Below, piece after piece: positions 60,968-64,000 of a stretch of DNA of 64,000 bases. A model generated the notes under the pieces. It worked only from the letters and a program-made list of their open reading frames with translations, was not told the origin of the DNA and searched no databases. The stretch lies in assembly GCF_963921235.1 (NCBI RefSeq), contig NC_086108.1, forward strand, positions 115,260,001 through 115,324,000, in the 5' to 3' direction. Made by a program: the position numbers and the translations under genes. The DNA comes from Mobula hypostoma. Taxonomy: Eukaryota. The number at the start of each line of letters is the position of its first letter. Position 1 is the stretch's first letter.

Positions 60968-61432
60968 TTGCCCTGTCTCTGTAACCTCCTCTGTCCTGTA
61001 AATTTCCACCCCCCCCCCAACTTTTGTAACCACCTCCGGACCCTAAACCTCATGTCCTACACCCAGTTCCCACACCACTCCCTGTCTCTGCAACCTCCTC
61101 TGTCCTGTACATTTCCACCCCCCCACTTTTGTAACCACCTTCGTACCCTGAACCTCATGTCCTACACCCAGGTCCTACACCCCTCTCTGTCTCTGTAACC
61201 TCCTCTGTACATTCCCCCCCCCTACACTTTTGAAACTCCCTCTGGCCCCTACACCCCTCCCCATCTCTGTAACCCCCTCTGGCCCCTACACCTTTCCCTG
61301 TCTCTGTAACCCCCTCCAGCCCCTACACCCCTCCCTGTCTCTGTAACCCCCTCCGGCCCCTACGCTCCTCCCTGTCTCTGTAACCCACTCTGACCCCTAC
61401 ACCCCTCCCTGTCTCTGTAACCCCCTCTGGAT
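60968..61432. repeat. C-rich minisatellite (~37-bp CCCTGTCTCTGTAACCCCCTCCGGCCCCTACACCCCT), preceded by a ~110-bp duplication
   Basis: Seen directly. Confidence 0.85.
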
Positions 61433-61461
61433 CCTAAATCCCATCTTGAAATTGAAGGCGG

Positions 61462-62170
61462 AATACAGGGTGAAGGGGAGGATGCTTGGCAGTGTGGAGG
61501 AACAGGGGGTTTTGAGTCCATAAATCGACATCCAGAGATCTGGCAATGTTGCCAATGATGCTGACCGGGTGGTTAAGAAGGCGTATGCTGAGTTGGTCTT
61601 CATTAGTTGGAGGACTGAGTTCAGGAGCCACGAGGTAATGCTGCAGCTGTATAAAACTCTGGTTAGAGCACACTTTTTTATTGTGTTCAGTTCTGGTCAC
61701 CTCATTATAGGAAGGATGTGGAAGCTTTAGAGAGGGTGCAGAGGAGATTTACCAGGATGCTGCCTGGATTAGAGAGCATGTGTTACGAGGATAAGTTGAG
61801 TGACCTTGGACTTTTCTTGATAGAGGTGTACAAGATAATAAGAGGCATAGATTAAGTTGATAGCCAGACATTTTTCCAGAGTGGAAATGGTCAATGCAAG
61901 GAGGAATAATTTGAAGTTGACTGGAGGAAAGTTTAGTAGGAATGTCAGAGGCAAGTTCTTTAGTCAGAGAGTGGTGAGTGTGTGGAACACCTTGCCAGTG
62001 GTGGTGGCAGAGGCAGATACATTAGGGAATTTTAAGGAAATCTTAAATAGGCACATGGATGATAGAAAAATGGAGGGCTGTGTGGGAGGGAAGGGCTAGA
62101 TTGATCTTAAAATTTGGCAGAACCTGGTGGGCCTGGTTATATGCTGTACTGGTCTGTGTTCTGTATTGGA
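61462..62170 (+). mobile_element. CR1 LINE 3' fragment
   Basis: ORF 61857-62099 and upstream CAGTTCTGGTCACCTCATTATAGGAAGGATGTG motif. Confidence 0.88.
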
Positions 62171-62309
62171 AGTCTGTATGATTTGCAGTGCTCTACTCAT
62201 CATCTGCTTGCCACATTTTTACTGTGCCGACCCTCCACACGCCCTTCACTGTGTAGATCACTCTGGCCAGTCAGCGCTGATGAGGGGGCACGTTTATATC
62301 TCGTATGAG

Positions 62310-63030
62310 TCCCACAGAGCCCCTTCGGCCCATCAAGCCCATTCTGGCCACCAACCACCCATTGACGCCAATCTTACACGTTCCCATAAACTCCCCTCAG
62401 GATTCACCCATCATCCACACACTGGGACAATTTACAGCAGCCAATTAACTCGCCGACCCACGTGTCTTTGGGATGTGGGAGGGAACCAGAACACGCGGGA
62501 GGAACGCGGACAGCCGCGGGAGGAACCAGAACACGCGGGAGGAACCAGAACACGCGGGGGAGAACCAGAGCACACGGGAGGAACCAGAGCACGCGGGAGG
62601 AACGCGGACAGTCGCGGGAGGAACGCGGACAGCCGCGGGAGGAACCAGAGCACACGGGAGGAACCAGAACACGCGGGGGAGAACCAGAGCACGCGGGAGG
62701 AACCAGAACACGCGGGGCAGAACCAGAGCACACGGGAGGAACCAGAACAGGCGTGGCAGAACCAGAGCACACGGGAGGAACCAGAACACGTGGAGCAGAA
62801 CCAGAGCACGCAGGAGGAACCAGAACACGCGGGAGGAACGCGGACAGTCGCGGGAGGAACCAGAACACGCGGGGCAGAACCAGAACACGCGGGAGGAGCG
62901 CAGACAGTTCGGGGAGGAATGCGGACAGTCCCGGGGAGAAGATGGGAATCACACACAGACTGTGCCGATGTTGGGATTGAACCCGGGTCTCTAAAGCTGT
63001 GAGGTAGTGGCTCTGCCTGCTGCACCAATC
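62310..63030 (-). mobile_element. tRNA-derived SINE whose central region has expanded into a ~19-21-bp minisatellite (~62480-62935)
   Basis: Left: SINE 3' half (GGACAATTTACAGCAGCCAATTAAC..TCTTTGGGATGTGGGAG). Right: 5' half with B-box GGGTTCAATCCC on the minus strand. Between them, GGGAGGAACCAGA(A/G)CACGC repeats. Confidence 0.85.
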
Positions 63031-63359
63031 TAACACGTAACCGCCTGACCCGTTTGTGGGCTGATGTTGAGCGGCTGTCAGAGTGGCTGGGAGCATTCGA
63101 ACCAGCTCTCAGATTCAGAAATAATTGGCTTTGCGTCTTTGAGCAGAGCAACTTGCAGTCTGTGTTGCTACAGAAGTGCTGATCATTCCTGCTTTTATCA
63201 GCAATTCCAGCAAACCTCACATCACAGGGAGAAACTCTCAGAGATGAGGAATTTTGGGGAAGTGGATGCTACTGCTCTCTCTCCTTCACTAAGTCAGTGT
63301 GAAGGCAGAATAATTCTTGTTCCACAAATACCCTCCCCCCCCCACCCACCGCCTCTTCC

Positions 63360-64000
63360 TCACCTCCAGCCGTCTCCCTGGATCACCTGGGACATGTACC
63401 CACTGAATCATCTCTCTCCACACCCCTCTCCCTGAGTTACCTTGGGACCCTGTACCCACTGAAAAACTCTATCCACACCTTCTCCCCTCTCCATCTGTCA
63501 ACCTGGGACCCTGTACCCACTGTCCCAACTCCATCTACACCCACCTCCTCTCTTTGAGTCACCATGGGACCTTGTACCCACTGTCCCATCTCTATCCACA
63601 CTCCCTCCCCTCACCCTGGGTCACCATGGGACCCTCTACCCACTGTCCCAACTCCATCTACACTCCCTCCCCTCACCCTGGGTCACCCTCGGACCCTCTA
63701 CCCACTGTCCCAACTCTATCCACACCCACCCCCCTCTCCATCTGTCACCCTGGGACCTGGTACCCACTGTCCCATCTCTACATACATCCTCACCCTCACC
63801 CTAGGTCACCCTGAGACCTGTACCCACAGTCCTATCTCTCTCCACAACCCCTCCCCCCTCCCTGGGCTACCCTGGGATCCTTTACCCACAGTATCATCTC
63901 TCTCTACTCTCCATCTCACACTGCAACCCTGTACTCACTGTCCCATCTCTCTCCACACCCCCACGCCGCTTCCAGGGTCACCCTGGCCTCTCTCCCCCTC
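63360..64000. repeat. Degenerate C-rich minisatellite (GGGACCCTGTACCCACTGTCCCATCTCT..; ~60-bp period), runs off the window
   Basis: TACCCACTG recurs about every 60 nt. Confidence 0.85.

Noticed and set aside
62127..63220. Overlapping 150-290 aa ORFs in all six frames
   Set aside because: They derive from the SINE-internal minisatellite.

Overview
Vertebrate nuclear DNA dominated by retrotransposons. The repeat mix (many CR1 LINEs, Rex1/Babar LINEs, Penelope-like elements, tRNA-derived V-SINE-like SINEs, Tx1-type elements, Gypsy) suggests a cartilaginous fish, probably a ray; this is inference only. Host-gene content I can support: the last two coding exons of an LRRIQ3 orthologue (+, 22805-23522 and 29649-29862) and a processed UBE2M (Ubc12) pseudogene (+, 33662-34177). 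The most notable signals are: (1) a dispersed, structured ~130-nt element carrying a minimal type I hammerhead ribozyme, present at Penelope 3' tails and as a free-standing copy with a perfect 12-bp target-site duplication and intact catalytic core (15949-16082); (2) a near full-length Tx1-type element inside a 52-bp minisatellite, with a related minisatellite flanking a retrocopy and another L1/Tx1-like relic, suggesting satellite-targeted retrotransposition; (3) many nested insertions with readable TSDs; (4) minisatellites that arose inside TEs. No prokaryotic features or CRISPR arrays. TE boundaries are approximate unless a TSD or terminus is quoted, and family and gene assignments come from remembered motifs, not database searches.
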